IMG/VR virus record: IMGVR_UViG_3300049988_000245 | Coordinates: 160,001 to 224,000 of that record | Reading direction: 5' to 3' (one strand) | From: a virus | Taxonomy: Duplodnaviria > Caudoviricetes | DNA: 64,000 nucleotides | Shown: positions 8,320 to 17,120 of the stretch, in pieces | Numbering within the stretch: position 1 is the first letter of the stretch | How the letters are laid out: each line of letters starts with the position of its first letter | Made by a program: the position numbers and the translations under genes | The notes under the pieces: generated by a model | Database searches by the model: none | The model's input: the letters and a program-made list of their open reading frames with translations, nothing else | Told to the model about the DNA's origin: nothing

Positions 8320-8347
8320 TTGACGAATTTGCCGGTTGTGGTCTAAT
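8320..8347 (+). promoter_or_regulatory. sigma70-like promoter, 16-nt spacer
   Basis: TTGACG-N16-TCTAAT upstream of the VWA gene. Confidence 0.5.
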
Positions 8348-8373
8348 CGGGCATCAGCAACCACGAGGATATT

Positions 8374-9738
8374 ATGGCGGACATCAACGACCCCATTTAC
8401 CAGCTAATCGTCGCCGCGCGCGTCCAGCTACTTTTCGATAAGCCGTTCTTCGGCAACGTCGCCGCGCGCCTGATCCTCGTGGATGCCACGGACTGGTGCG
8501 GCACCGCCGCCACCGATGGCCGCCACCTCTACTACAATCGCGAGTTCATCAAGTCGCTCCAGAAGGACGAGTTGATGTTCCTCGTGGCGCACGAAATCCT
8601 GCACTGCATCTACGACCACCTTGGTCGGCGCGGCGGACGTGATCCGAAGCTGCTCAACATGGCGCAGGACTACGTGATCAATTACACGCTGATCGAGGAC
8701 CGCTGCGGAAAGATGCCCGACATGGGCCTTTACGATAAGCGCTTCCCCGACACGATGCTGTCCGAGGAGGTCTACGAAATCCTCAAGAAAGAGTCCGTGA
8801 CCATCCGGATGCCGCTCGACGAGCATCTGGACCTGCTCGGCGAGGACCCGAAGGACGATAAGGACGACGGCGGCGGCTCCGGCGACCAGAACGGCAAGGG
8901 CCAGAAGTACGTCGATGTCACCGTGATGGGCAAGAACGGCCCGCCCAAGCTGACCGAGGAGGACATCGCCAAGATCAGGTCGGAGATCAAGGCGTCGGTG
9001 ATCCAGGCCGCCCAGGCGGCCGGTGCGGGCAACGTGCCCCGTGGCGTCGCCCGGATGATCGAAGACCTGATCAACCCGAAGCTCGACTGGCGCACCCTGC
9101 TGGACGCGCACATTCGTTCGTCGGTGAAGGACGACTACACGCTCCAGCGGATGTCTCGCAAGACTTCGGCGCTCCGCTATGCGGCGAGCGAGGAGCAGAA
9201 CGCCCGTGCCATGGGCACGGCGGACGACGAGCATTTCGAGGGCGAGATGTCCGTCATGTCCGGCCTGGAGGATGACGACGACGCATCGTTCTCCGTGCCG
9301 ATGCTGCCGACCCAGGACTACATGAACACCGTGGACATCATGGTGGCCATCGATACGTCGGGCTCGATGACCGAGACGATGCTGCGTGACTTCCTGTCCG
9401 AGACCAAGGGGATCATGCAGACGTTCCGCGACTTCCGCGTCCGCGTCTGCACGTTCGACACCCAGCTTTACAACTACATGGAGTTCACGGGCGAGAATAT
9501 TGACTCGATCGATGACTACCCGATGGCAGGCGGCGGCGGCACCATGTTCGAGGCCGTGTGGGAGTACATGAAGCGCGAGGGTATCGAGCCCCACCGCCTC
9601 GTTCTGTTCACGGACGGTTATCCGAACTCCACCTGGGGCGACGAGGGCTACGTGGACACGCTGTTCGTGATCCACGGGAACAACCAGATCAAGGCCCCCT
9701 GGGGGATCACCTGCTACTACGAGGCCAACGAGGGCTGA
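8374..9738 (+). CDS. DUF2201-type putative metallopeptidase plus VWA-like domain (MoxR partner)
   Basis: TAATDG..YYN, FLVAHEILH (HExxH), AIDTSGSM (MIDAS), GGGGT.F, VLFTDGY. Confidence 0.9.
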   Translation: MADINDPIYQLIVAARVQLLFDKPFFGNVAARLILVDATDWCGTAATDGRHLYYNREFIKSLQKDELMFLVAHEILHCIYDHLGRRGGRDPKLLNMAQDYVINYTLIEDRCGKMPDMGLYDKRFPDTMLSEEVYEILKKESVTIRMPLDEHLDLLGEDPKDDKDDGGGSGDQNGKGQKYVDVTVMGKNGPPKLTEEDIAKIRSEIKASVIQAAQAAGAGNVPRGVARMIEDLINPKLDWRTLLDAHIRSSVKDDYTLQRMSRKTSALRYAASEEQNARAMGTADDEHFEGEMSVMSGLEDDDDASFSVPMLPTQDYMNTVDIMVAIDTSGSMTETMLRDFLSETKGIMQTFRDFRVRVCTFDTQLYNYMEFTGENIDSIDDYPMAGGGGTMFEAVWEYMKREGIEPHRLVLFTDGYPNSTWGDEGYVDTLFVIHGNNQIKAPWGITCYYEANEG

Positions 9739-9760
9739 TCCGCTCCACGGCTAATCGATC

Positions 9761-9786
9761 AAGGGGGCTTGTGAGCCCCCTTTTTT
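9761..9786 (+). terminator. Intrinsic terminator
   Basis: AAGGGGGCT-tgtg-AGCCCCCTT followed by a T run. Confidence 0.85.
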
Positions 9787-9803
9787 GCGAGGAGAATCCG
9801 ATC

Positions 9804-10037
9804 ATGGCTTGCCCAAACATGCTCGACGAGGTTGTTCCGCTCGAAGTGATCGCCCAGGTGGCGGCGCGGTTAGACGTGCATCGGGTTACAGTTGGGCAAC
9901 TGTCGGCTATCCGCGCCCCAGAGGTGATCGCGTGGCTCAAGTCGGATGAGGCCGAGGGATCGCACCTGTCCGGTGCGGGGGAATGGTTATTCACCGACCT
10001 CGGTACGGCGATGGCGTTCAAATTGAGGTTCGGCTGA
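9804..10037 (+). CDS. FKxRW-family paralogue (array member 1 of 5)
   Basis: GAGGAG RBS; ends WLFTDLGTAMAFKLRFG. Confidence 0.75.
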   Translation: MACPNMLDEVVPLEVIAQVAARLDVHRVTVGQLSAIRAPEVIAWLKSDEAEGSHLSGAGEWLFTDLGTAMAFKLRFG

Positions 10038-10267
10038 TGTCCTGCGACCGCGCATGGTACCCGCCCACCCACAATGCGGTTGCGGGCTGGCCCATGGTCG
10101 AGATCACCGTGACCGAAGAGTCCTGGCCGGATATTGTCGATTGGATCGCCGGGGATGAGGCGCATGGGGAGTTCATCGACGGAATCGCGGTGTACTTCGA
10201 CCAAACCACGGCCCTTCGGTTCTCCGATCCGGACACGGCGTTCGCGTTCAAGATGAGGTTCGGGTGA
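10037..10267 (+). CDS. FKxRW-family paralogue (2 of 5)
   Basis: TGATG overlap; ends LRFSDPDTAFAFKMRFG. Confidence 0.75.
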   Translation: MSCDRAWYPPTHNAVAGWPMVEITVTEESWPDIVDWIAGDEAHGEFIDGIAVYFDQTTALRFSDPDTAFAFKMRFG

Positions 10268-10518
10268 TGGCCCTACTCCTCGCAGGCGCCCACGCGGCTC
10301 TGGAGCACAAGGTAATGGTCCCGCATGGGCGGTGGACCAAGATGCCGAACCCGATGAACCGCCGGATAGTCTCCCACGTGAGCCCGTTCGAAGGCCCATT
10401 CTTGGAATGGCTGAATGACCGGCCCGGTTCCTGGGACATGGAATCGCGGATCGATGGTTTGGAATTCGGGTTCTCAAATCGCGACACCGCGATGGAATTC
10501 AAAATGAGATTTGGTTGA
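10267..10518 (+). CDS. FKxRW-family paralogue (3 of 5)
   Basis: TGATG overlap; ends FGFSNRDTAMEFKMRFG. Confidence 0.75.
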   Translation: MALLLAGAHAALEHKVMVPHGRWTKMPNPMNRRIVSHVSPFEGPFLEWLNDRPGSWDMESRIDGLEFGFSNRDTAMEFKMRFG

Positions 10519-10802
10519 TGGACCGGAACGACCCTGCGGCGCACAAATTCATTGTCGGTCGGATCGAGCGCGAGGATATGCGATCGATCCTGTTCATCCT
10601 GCCCCATCACGAAAGCCGATTCCTGCTGGTGTTCGACTACACCGTCCAGGCGGATGGGAAGGGCTCTGCGTACGCACAGGAGATGTGGCACTGGATGGTC
10701 GAGCGCGGAATGGATTTGCAGCGCGATCAGCAGGCGTACTACGATTTTATGGCCTACGTGGATGCTGATCTGGCGATGGAATTCAAAGTCAGGTGGATGT
10801 AA
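10518..10802 (+). CDS. FKxRW-family paralogue (4 of 5)
   Basis: TGATG overlap; ends DADLAMEFKVRWM. Confidence 0.7.
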   Translation: MDRNDPAAHKFIVGRIEREDMRSILFILPHHESRFLLVFDYTVQADGKGSAYAQEMWHWMVERGMDLQRDQQAYYDFMAYVDADLAMEFKVRWM

Positions 10803-11092
10803 TGGCCAGCCAAGTAAAGATCGCCAACCTTCAAGACGAGCGCGTTGTCCAGGCGCAGATCGACGAAGCTATTGAGAAGGGATGGACGCGCGTCCATATC
10901 GGCCAACCCGTACATTGGCCGGAGGTGCATCGCTTTCTCGATGCCGCTCAGGGTAGCTACCTGACGGTGTCTCGAATCAACGAGACACCGGAAGTGTCCA
11001 CCGATCGGCAGTGGACGCAGTGGAAATATCGGCAGAACTATTGGTTCTCCGACCCCAACACGGCATTCGATTTTAAGCTCAGATACGGTTAG
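10802..11092 (+). CDS. FKxRW-family paralogue (5 of 5)
   Basis: TAATG overlap; ends YWFSDPNTAFDFKLRYG. Confidence 0.75.
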   Translation: MASQVKIANLQDERVVQAQIDEAIEKGWTRVHIGQPVHWPEVHRFLDAAQGSYLTVSRINETPEVSTDRQWTQWKYRQNYWFSDPNTAFDFKLRYG

Positions 11093-11292
11093 ATCGCGTG
11101 CTCGCGGCGATTCGCCGGGACGCAGCGGAAGCGCTTTACATCATAGTTTGGGTACGCGGCCATGTACGAGGCAATTGCCGGTTGGGCCTGTGCAATACAC
11201 GCGTTCGGCGTCATCTCATGGGCATCGAGATTCACCGTTTCGTCTCGGCAATCACCAGAAAGAATTGAGCATATTGTAATCAAAATAAGCAA
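11089..11292 (-). CDS. Small Cys-containing protein resembling an alphaproteobacterial family
   Basis: Hydrophobic N-terminus ending in C, then C..E...P..C...AQ..IA.Y....P.Y.V.RFRC pattern. Confidence 0.55.
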   Translation of the reverse strand: MLILITICSILSGDCRDETVNLDAHEMTPNACIAQAQPAIASYMAAYPNYDVKRFRCVPANRREHAI

Positions 11293-11360
11293 TTTATGAA
11301 CCCCTTAAAGCATATGTCGATGTGGTTGATCTTATTAAACCACATCGATAGGGCAATATT

Positions 11361-11792
11361 TTATTCGATCGGGAAGTCTGGCCAGATGATATTCTCAGGG
11401 TCAGATTGCTTGGTGACGTCCCTTAGAGATTGCCGGTACACCGTTAGGTTTACCCGGTGGCCATCCGAGATTGGGTAGTCTGGCATCATAAGATAGTCAG
11501 ACGCGTTCAGGAGATTGTCTCGCTTTTGTCGAACGGGGGTCCACATCTCGACCAACTGAGCTTCAGAGCTTTGAGGAGACTCGATCGTTCCAAGAACTCC
11601 TCGGAAGGAGAATGCGTTCTTGGTATTTGAATCAACCAGGGTGCGGGTTTTCACATTAACCGCCTTCGAATGAAACTCGACCCATCCATCGAAGGAAAGG
11701 TTGTCTTCGTCTTTCGCCAATACAAGCGCATCACCGAAGTATCCGGCTCGAACTATTTGTCCGGTCTTCTTCAAAAAGATAATATCAAACAT
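11361..11792 (-). CDS. Tail fibre assembly chaperone (phage_tail_APC-like C-terminus)
   Basis: W..VRQKRDNLLNASDYLMMPDYP....YRQSLRDVTKQ.DPENIIWP; follows a fibre gene. Confidence 0.85.
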   Translation of the reverse strand: MFDIIFLKKTGQIVRAGYFGDALVLAKDEDNLSFDGWVEFHSKAVNVKTRTLVDSNTKNAFSFRGVLGTIESPQSSEAQLVEMWTPVRQKRDNLLNASDYLMMPDYPISDGHRVNLTVYRQSLRDVTKQSDPENIIWPDFPIE

Positions 11793-11793
11793 T

Positions 11794-13443
11794 TTATGCG
11801 AACCTTATAACCTGTGCAGAACTATCACCAAACGCGTAGGTGAAGCTATCATAACCGCCAACACTAACCGTGCCGGTCATACGAACGGTAATCTTTCGAC
11901 TTGCAGGTGTTGTTCCGAAAAAAACAAGAGACCGGGTCGATGCTAACGTTGAGGAGCCACCGTTTGCACCAGACTGGTCATTTATTGCCAAGCCGACGAC
12001 TTGACCGTCAACAATTAGCTCTGTTTTTGCGGATGCTCGACGTGTTTCCCCACGAAGGCCGTTGAACGCCACTCCGCCGATCTGATAACCGTTTACGATG
12101 TACGTAGTCGAACCTGTCAGATCAAAATCCCACTGCGCAATTACCTGTGTGTTCTCAATTGGGGGACTATATTGATTTGATGGATTCTGAACCGTAAGGG
12201 AAACACCCCCTCCCTGGAATCTGGCCTCGACCTGAGAAGAGACCGCCGACCCACCTCCGCTGCCTGCTGGACCCTGTGGACCCATGGGGCCTGTATCACC
12301 CTTCGGACCCTGGGGGCCTTGTGGACCCTGGGGGCCTTGAGCCCCAGCAGAACCATCGCTACCGCCGCCTCCGCCGCTCCCGGTGACGTTGATCGTGATA
12401 TCATTTGAGCCATCGAAGAACGCCGCACCTGATACGGCCCCGGCGATACTAATGACGCGTCCCGGACGAAGCTTTGACGCCTCATCCGCTAAAGTTGCAT
12501 GTCCGGAGCTATCTGCATAATCCGCCCTTGGGGTGTGACCGGCTTCTACTGCATAATCCGCTCTTAGGGCATGGCCCGCCTCTGCGGCGTAGTCAGCCTT
12601 CTTGGCGTTGTCGGCATTCGAGTAATCGTTATTGCGCGCACCAACGACGCGACCTTTCGCATCGACCTGAACAACATTGTATGTTCCGGGCGTGACACCC
12701 GTAGAGGTCAATACTGCGCCGATCAGTGTTTCGGAGGTTCCGTTGATCATACCAGAGCCAGTGACATCGCCACTGAGGCTCAATTGCCGGGGGGTCTGGA
12801 ATCCTGTCGCCGTGGTGGCATTGCCGTTCACGTCGGTATCGATTCCTCCTTCTTTAAACCCGGCCAGGAGAACGATATTCGAACTTCCGTCGATCGTTGC
12901 GCTTCCCTTTAGCTGATTACCAAGTGTCAACTGACGAGCGGTTGTCCACTTGTCAGAAGATGCAGCTTTGTTAACGGTCAGGATGAATCCGACATCGGAC
13001 GAGCCGTCCATCACCACGGAACCCGAAGCATCTCCCAGAACGTTGAGACGACGCGGGGTGAGCCACTTCTTCGAATTGTCCGAGATTCCCTTGAGATTCG
13101 CCGTGATCACGTTCGCTTCAAACGACCCGGCGTTGTCGCGCTTGACCACGGTGTTCGGGATGTTCAGCGAGGTTGCATCGCCATCGAACGGCTTCCAGAT
13201 ACCCGCATAGTACTTCATGCGATTCTGAGATTTATCGAACCAAATCTGACCGTAAAGAGGGTTTTTGGGAGACTTCGGGCTAGAGAAGTTCTCCAGCATG
13301 TGGATGAGGTCTTCTCCGATATCGGTGCCGTAGTTGATCGATCCACGACCGACGAGAGCAATCGACAGGGTGTCCTTATCAATGGTACGATCATAGACTT
13401 CAGCAAGGATCGACCCATCGCTGAGTCTCATAGTATACGACAT
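11794..13443 (-). CDS. Tail fibre protein
   Basis: N-terminal L.LVGRG..NYG......HMLENF...P..PL.GQIWFD attachment motif; four T.R.L...G...GS...DGS repeats; ADYA.EAGH repeats; short collagen stretch. Confidence 0.85.
   Translation of the reverse strand: MSYTMRLSDGSILAEVYDRTIDKDTLSIALVGRGSINYGTDIGEDLIHMLENFSSPKSPKNPLYGQIWFDKSQNRMKYYAGIWKPFDGDATSLNIPNTVVKRDNAGSFEANVITANLKGISDNSKKWLTPRRLNVLGDASGSVVMDGSSDVGFILTVNKAASSDKWTTARQLTLGNQLKGSATIDGSSNIVLLAGFKEGGIDTDVNGNATTATGFQTPRQLSLSGDVTGSGMINGTSETLIGAVLTSTGVTPGTYNVVQVDAKGRVVGARNNDYSNADNAKKADYAAEAGHALRADYAVEAGHTPRADYADSSGHATLADEASKLRPGRVISIAGAVSGAAFFDGSNDITINVTGSGGGGGSDGSAGAQGPQGPQGPQGPKGDTGPMGPQGPAGSGGGSAVSSQVEARFQGGGVSLTVQNPSNQYSPPIENTQVIAQWDFDLTGSTTYIVNGYQIGGVAFNGLRGETRRASAKTELIVDGQVVGLAINDQSGANGGSSTLASTRSLVFFGTTPASRKITVRMTGTVSVGGYDSFTYAFGDSSAQVIRFA
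12262..12345 (-). repeat. Collagen-like Gly-X-Y repeat in tail fibre
   Basis: GAQGPQGPQGPQGPKGDTGPMGPQGPAG; DNA contains a tandem repeat of GGACCCTGGGGGCCTTG. Boundaries approximate. Confidence 0.85.
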
Positions 13444-13486
13444 TAATATTCCGCTCCTAAAACGGGTACTTTATAACCTGATTCTA

Positions 13487-13492
13487 TATTTA
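13487..13492 (-). promoter_or_regulatory. TAAATA late-type promoter for fibre gene
   Basis: 43 nt above ATG 13443, with AGGAG RBS between. Confidence 0.5.
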
Positions 13493-13571
13493 TCTCGACT
13501 TAAACACATACTTAAATTATTACGAATATCAACGAGTCGGTATTTTTCTCAGATTATAGGGAGGTCGGTAT

Positions 13572-13877
13572 ATGCTGCCGGACAAGATTCATTTCACCGG
13601 CCTGGAGCTTGACCCAGAATCCGTGCTGACCCCGCGCAAGATGTTCAGCGGCACCTATCCGTCCTCATGGGTGCGCCATCAGTTCTCCCTGCCCAACGAT
13701 TCGTACGGCCATCTGCGCAAGATCGACCGTTGGATTGAATCGAACCTCGAAGGCCGCTGGGGCGCATACTCGGTCTACGCGTTCGGCAGCGTCACGTTCG
13801 TGATCGCGTTCGAGAAGGTCACCGACGCGGTGATGTTTCGTCTCCAGGGCGGTGAGCAGTCGTGGAAAGAGGGGTGA
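13572..13877 (+). CDS. Hypothetical protein, divergent FKxRW-like member
   Basis: GGAGG RBS; WIESNLEGRW..IAFEKVTDAVMFRL. Confidence 0.7.
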   Translation: MLPDKIHFTGLELDPESVLTPRKMFSGTYPSSWVRHQFSLPNDSYGHLRKIDRWIESNLEGRWGAYSVYAFGSVTFVIAFEKVTDAVMFRLQGGEQSWKEG

Positions 13878-13964
13878 TTGGTAGAACGAATTTTATCGAC
13901 GGCCACGTTCGGCCGTCCTATGATCCGTCCATTACCTATCTGATTCATTTTTAAGGAATTCTTC

Positions 13965-14561
13965 ATGGCCCTCGTTCCTATGGTGCTTGAACAGGACGGT
14001 CGTTCGGAGCGCTCTTTCGATCTTTTCAGCAGGATGCTGCGAGACCGGATCATCTTCGTGACCGGCGAAGTCGAAGACAACATGGCGAATCTCATCGCCG
14101 CCCAGATTCTCTTCCTTGAGAGCGTCGATCCGGACAAGGATATCTCCCTGTACATCAACTCGCCGGGTGGCTCGGTCACAGCGGGTATGGCGATCTTCGA
14201 TGCGATGAATTTCGTGAAGTGCGACATCGCAACGATCGTCATGGGTCAGGCGTGCTCGATGGGCGCGTTCCTGCTCTCCGCCGGGACCAAGGGGAAGCGC
14301 GTTGCCTTGGCGAACTCCCGCATCATGATTCACCAGCCGTCCTCCGGCATGGGCCGGTCCACCGTGACGGACATGGAGATTCAGCTTGCGGAAGTCCTCA
14401 AGATGAAGCGCTCCCTCACCCAGCATCTCGCCGACCATTGCGGGAAGACGTACAAGGAAATGTACGACCTCTGCGAGCGCGACCACTTCATGGATGCGGA
14501 AGAGACCATGGCTCTGGGTCTGGTCGATCGGGTCGTGAAGAATCGTTCGGAAATCGTCTGA
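13965..14561 (+). CDS. clpP: ATP-dependent Clp protease proteolytic subunit
   Basis: [40 protein letters not shown] (catalytic Ser), IMIHQP, ERDHFM. Confidence 0.97.
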   Translation: MALVPMVLEQDGRSERSFDLFSRMLRDRIIFVTGEVEDNMANLIAAQILFLESVDPDKDISLYINSPGGSVTAGMAIFDAMNFVKCDIATIVMGQACSMGAFLLSAGTKGKRVALANSRIMIHQPSSGMGRSTVTDMEIQLAEVLKMKRSLTQHLADHCGKTYKEMYDLCERDHFMDAEETMALGLVDRVVKNRSEIV

Positions 14562-14776
14562 TGCGCCCGAATAACCTTCTCGCATGGTTCTACATGATCC
14601 TGATGGGACAGATGTTCGCGGTGGTTTTGCGGGCGTTCATGATCCTCATCGTGGCTACGATTATTGCGATCGGTTTTATGTCCTCCTGCTCGCGTGTGCC
14701 CAATTGTGACCCAGGATTCGTCTATAGTCGCGGTCTCTGCGTCGTTGGATACGAACCTTCATCCAAGAAGAACTGA
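14561..14776 (+). CDS. Small membrane protein
   Basis: TGATG overlap; hydrophobic N-half, Cys-containing C-half. Confidence 0.55.
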   Translation: MRPNNLLAWFYMILMGQMFAVVLRAFMILIVATIIAIGFMSSCSRVPNCDPGFVYSRGLCVVGYEPSSKKN

Positions 14777-14777
14777 C

Positions 14778-15188
14778 ATGATCGAACCATTGCCCCCGGT
14801 GCCGCTCGACCCTCACTCGGACAGAGATGAGATCGAGCGGCTGGAATTTCACATCGAACGACTCGAAAGCATCCTGCGGGAGAACGGCCTCGGTGATCTG
14901 ATCCCCGAGCAACCCCCGACGATCGCAGAGGCCCGTCAGGCGTTCATGGCGGCCGATCTTCCGTGGCTCTCTCCGGAGGCTCAGGAGGCGTTCCAGGGCG
15001 TTCCAGAGAACCACGGCACCCGAAACCCCGGCATCATTTCCTCGCCCCTGCTGGAGGCTGCACGGCGCCGTCTGGAGGAATTGCCGCCGGACTTCCTCGG
15101 CCGGTTCGCCAATATGGAGTTGCTTCCCCTGGACGTGCCGGAGATCATCGGTCCGACCAAGGACGAGGACGGGGACACCGGGTGCTGA
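14778..15188 (+). CDS. Hypothetical protein
   Basis: MIEPLPP start immediately after the previous stop. Confidence 0.55.
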   Translation: MIEPLPPVPLDPHSDRDEIERLEFHIERLESILRENGLGDLIPEQPPTIAEARQAFMAADLPWLSPEAQEAFQGVPENHGTRNPGIISSPLLEAARRRLEELPPDFLGRFANMELLPLDVPEIIGPTKDEDGDTGC

Positions 15189-15589
15189 TCTGGGCGCTGG
15201 CCGTCCTGTTCACCCTGGTGCTGATCCAGCACAAGCATCTGGTGATCGATTGGATATGGCAACCGAAGTTCGAATGGTCGAACAAGCACGAGTACGGGCA
15301 CCTCGGTGGGGTTTGCCACGCGGGTAAGAACGCGCTCGGGACCGGGCTGTGCCTGTTTGCGGGAATGCCGGGGGTGACGATTGGATTCGCGTTGTGGCTG
15401 ACATTCTTGGACTTTGTGATTCACTATCACATCGACTGGTCCAAGATGAATCTGAATCGTTACTGGAATCTGGATGCTTCGAAGCCGCAATTCTGGTGGC
15501 TGACTGGATTTGACCAGCATCTCCACCAGATGACCTACTTGGGTCTAGTATGGTACGCGTTGATCGTGGGGTTCGGTAGGATCGGGTAA
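15182..15589 (+). CDS. DUF3307-like membrane protein
   Basis: QHKHLVIDW.WQ....NK..YGH.GG..HA..IHYHIDWSK..FWWLTGFDQHLHQ. Confidence 0.75.
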   Translation: MLIWALAVLFTLVLIQHKHLVIDWIWQPKFEWSNKHEYGHLGGVCHAGKNALGTGLCLFAGMPGVTIGFALWLTFLDFVIHYHIDWSKMNLNRYWNLDASKPQFWWLTGFDQHLHQMTYLGLVWYALIVGFGRIG

Positions 15590-15999
15590 TGGCACAGACA
15601 CCGTCTGGGATTTTTCAGCTTGAACTGAATACGTTCGAGACCAAGATGTTTGATCTTGGTAGGATGTTCTCGGAAAATGTTGGTCAGGTTAAGATCGACT
15701 TCTTTAAAAAGAAGATCACCGTCAACGTAATGGATGACGCCGAGGGGGCGGTTTTTAAGTTCCTCTCGAAGATTGCCGAAGATAAGGAGCGCGTCCTTCG
15801 GATCAAATACGGTGATCCAGTCGGATACACACTGGACTTTACCGGCACCGAAGTGGACTCCCACACATTCGATATGGGTGATGCGTACGAGGTCAAGAAC
15901 GCGCTTCTTGCCATCTCGACGCTCGCTGGCATGACCTATAACCAGACGCCGATGCACCACAAGATCGTGTTCTCGTACAAGGACAAGATTGCCAAATGA
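15589..15999 (+). CDS. Hypothetical beta-rich protein, possibly tail-tube-like fold
   Basis: TAATG overlap; alternating beta-strand pattern similar to 32985-33383. Confidence 0.55.
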   Translation: MAQTPSGIFQLELNTFETKMFDLGRMFSENVGQVKIDFFKKKITVNVMDDAEGAVFKFLSKIAEDKERVLRIKYGDPVGYTLDFTGTEVDSHTFDMGDAYEVKNALLAISTLAGMTYNQTPMHHKIVFSYKDKIAK

Positions 16000-16457
16000 G
16001 CACGGATTTCACCGCCATCGCCAAGGTGATGATCCCGAAAATTCGTCGGACCATGCCGTCGATCATCGCCTCAGAAATCATTGGGGTGTCTCCGATGACC
16101 GGACCGACCGCGAGCATCTACGCGCTGCGCGCCCGATACAGCGCGTTCACGGACGGCTGCTCCGGGATCGATTGCGGTTTCGGTCCGGACATGTCGCCCA
16201 CTTATGGGGTCATCTACGCAACCTGTGTGGACTTCCCGATGAACCATCCACTGCGGAATGATCCGCAAGCCGTGGTGACCTGGGCGCTTCAGAATTGCCG
16301 GAAGTCGTTCACCTACTCGACCGTGGTGATCGGTACGACAATGAATCCTCCGGAGACGGACGAGCGAATCATGAAGATTCGACCTGCCAACCGAGTATGG
16401 CGCTGGACATTCGCAGACGAGGATGATGCTTTCGGGTTCAAGGTTCGTTGGATGTAA
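15996..16457 (+). CDS. Fusion: T4 gp23 major-capsid-like segment plus FKxRW-family domain
   Basis: MIPKIRRTMPSIIASEIIGVSPMTGPTASIYALRARY matches the conserved gp23 segment. Ends WTFADEDDAFGFKVRWM. Confidence 0.75.
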   Translation: MSTDFTAIAKVMIPKIRRTMPSIIASEIIGVSPMTGPTASIYALRARYSAFTDGCSGIDCGFGPDMSPTYGVIYATCVDFPMNHPLRNDPQAVVTWALQNCRKSFTYSTVVIGTTMNPPETDERIMKIRPANRVWRWTFADEDDAFGFKVRWM

Positions 16458-16458
16458 G

Positions 16459-16719
16459 ATGAAATCGCGCGATTATAGTGTAGTCATAGAGGGAGATTAC
16501 GGAAACAACCATCGGTATGGATTCGACCTATACTTCAGCACCAATTGGGGCTACCCAATGTACGCGTGGTGTGAAGAACAGTTTGGCCCGCCTTATGACT
16601 CGACTACCAATCCCGATGGCGTATGGTCGCGCTTTCATCAGAGCGGTTGTATTCACTATGTACAGGTTCGATTTGAGCAAGTCGAATACGCCATCGCGTT
16701 CAAAATGCGTTTTCTTTGA
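16459..16719 (+). CDS. FKxRW-family paralogue
   Basis: AWCEEQFGP..W..VRFEQVEYAIAFKMRFL. Confidence 0.75.
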   Translation: MKSRDYSVVIEGDYGNNHRYGFDLYFSTNWGYPMYAWCEEQFGPPYDSTTNPDGVWSRFHQSGCIHYVQVRFEQVEYAIAFKMRFL

Positions 16720-16782
16720 ACCATTTTGGTTAGACTAATGCGACTGAATCCAGGGGCTTGCCAAAACAACACGGGTGCTCAA

Positions 16783-16788
16783 TAAATA
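16783..16788 (+). promoter_or_regulatory. TAAATA late-type promoter, leaderless spacing
   Basis: 5 nt between the motif and ATG 16794. Confidence 0.5.
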
Positions 16789-16793
16789 CCCGT

Positions 16794-17120
16794 ATGGTAG
16801 TCACGACCTTCCAGGCAGGACTCAAGGACCCCCAGCCCTACGTGGTGCGGATGAATCTGTACCGGGCGGGATATGACGACGTGCGAGGCACCCTGCTTGC
16901 GCGCTACGTCGAGTTTTGGTGTCAGAAGAACTGCATCGGCGAATGGCACATCGACCAGACCGCCCACCTGTTGACGGTTTCGTTCTCAGCCACGGTCGAT
17001 ACCGTACTGTTCATGATCTCCGAGGAATACACCTACTTCGTGCCATCGGCGACCACTCGCCCACACGCGGCGTTCGAGGGTCTTCCGGCGTTCACATTGG
17101 GATACACGATTGTGCTTTAG
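16794..17120 (+). CDS. Hypothetical protein, divergent FKxRW-like member
   Basis: FWCQKNCIGEW..VSFSATVDTVLF. Confidence 0.6.
   Translation: MVVTTFQAGLKDPQPYVVRMNLYRAGYDDVRGTLLARYVEFWCQKNCIGEWHIDQTAHLLTVSFSATVDTVLFMISEEYTYFVPSATTRPHAAFEGLPAFTLGYTIVL

Noticed and set aside
6576-9675. Long antisense ORFs 6576-8231 (551 aa) and 8428-9675 (415 aa)
   Set aside because: They mirror the MoxR and VWA genes. High GC3 on the sense strand suppresses antisense stops, and they have no motifs.
9804-11092. Integron-like cassette array or DGR behind the paralogue arrays
   Set aside because: Genes overlap with no intergenic attC-like palindromes, there are no near-identical TR/VR repeats, and no integrase or reverse transcriptase is in the window.
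13500-13515. Full CtrA site
   Set aside because: Spacing is TTAA-N8-TTAA (and N9 at 50609-50625), not N7, within AT-rich DNA.
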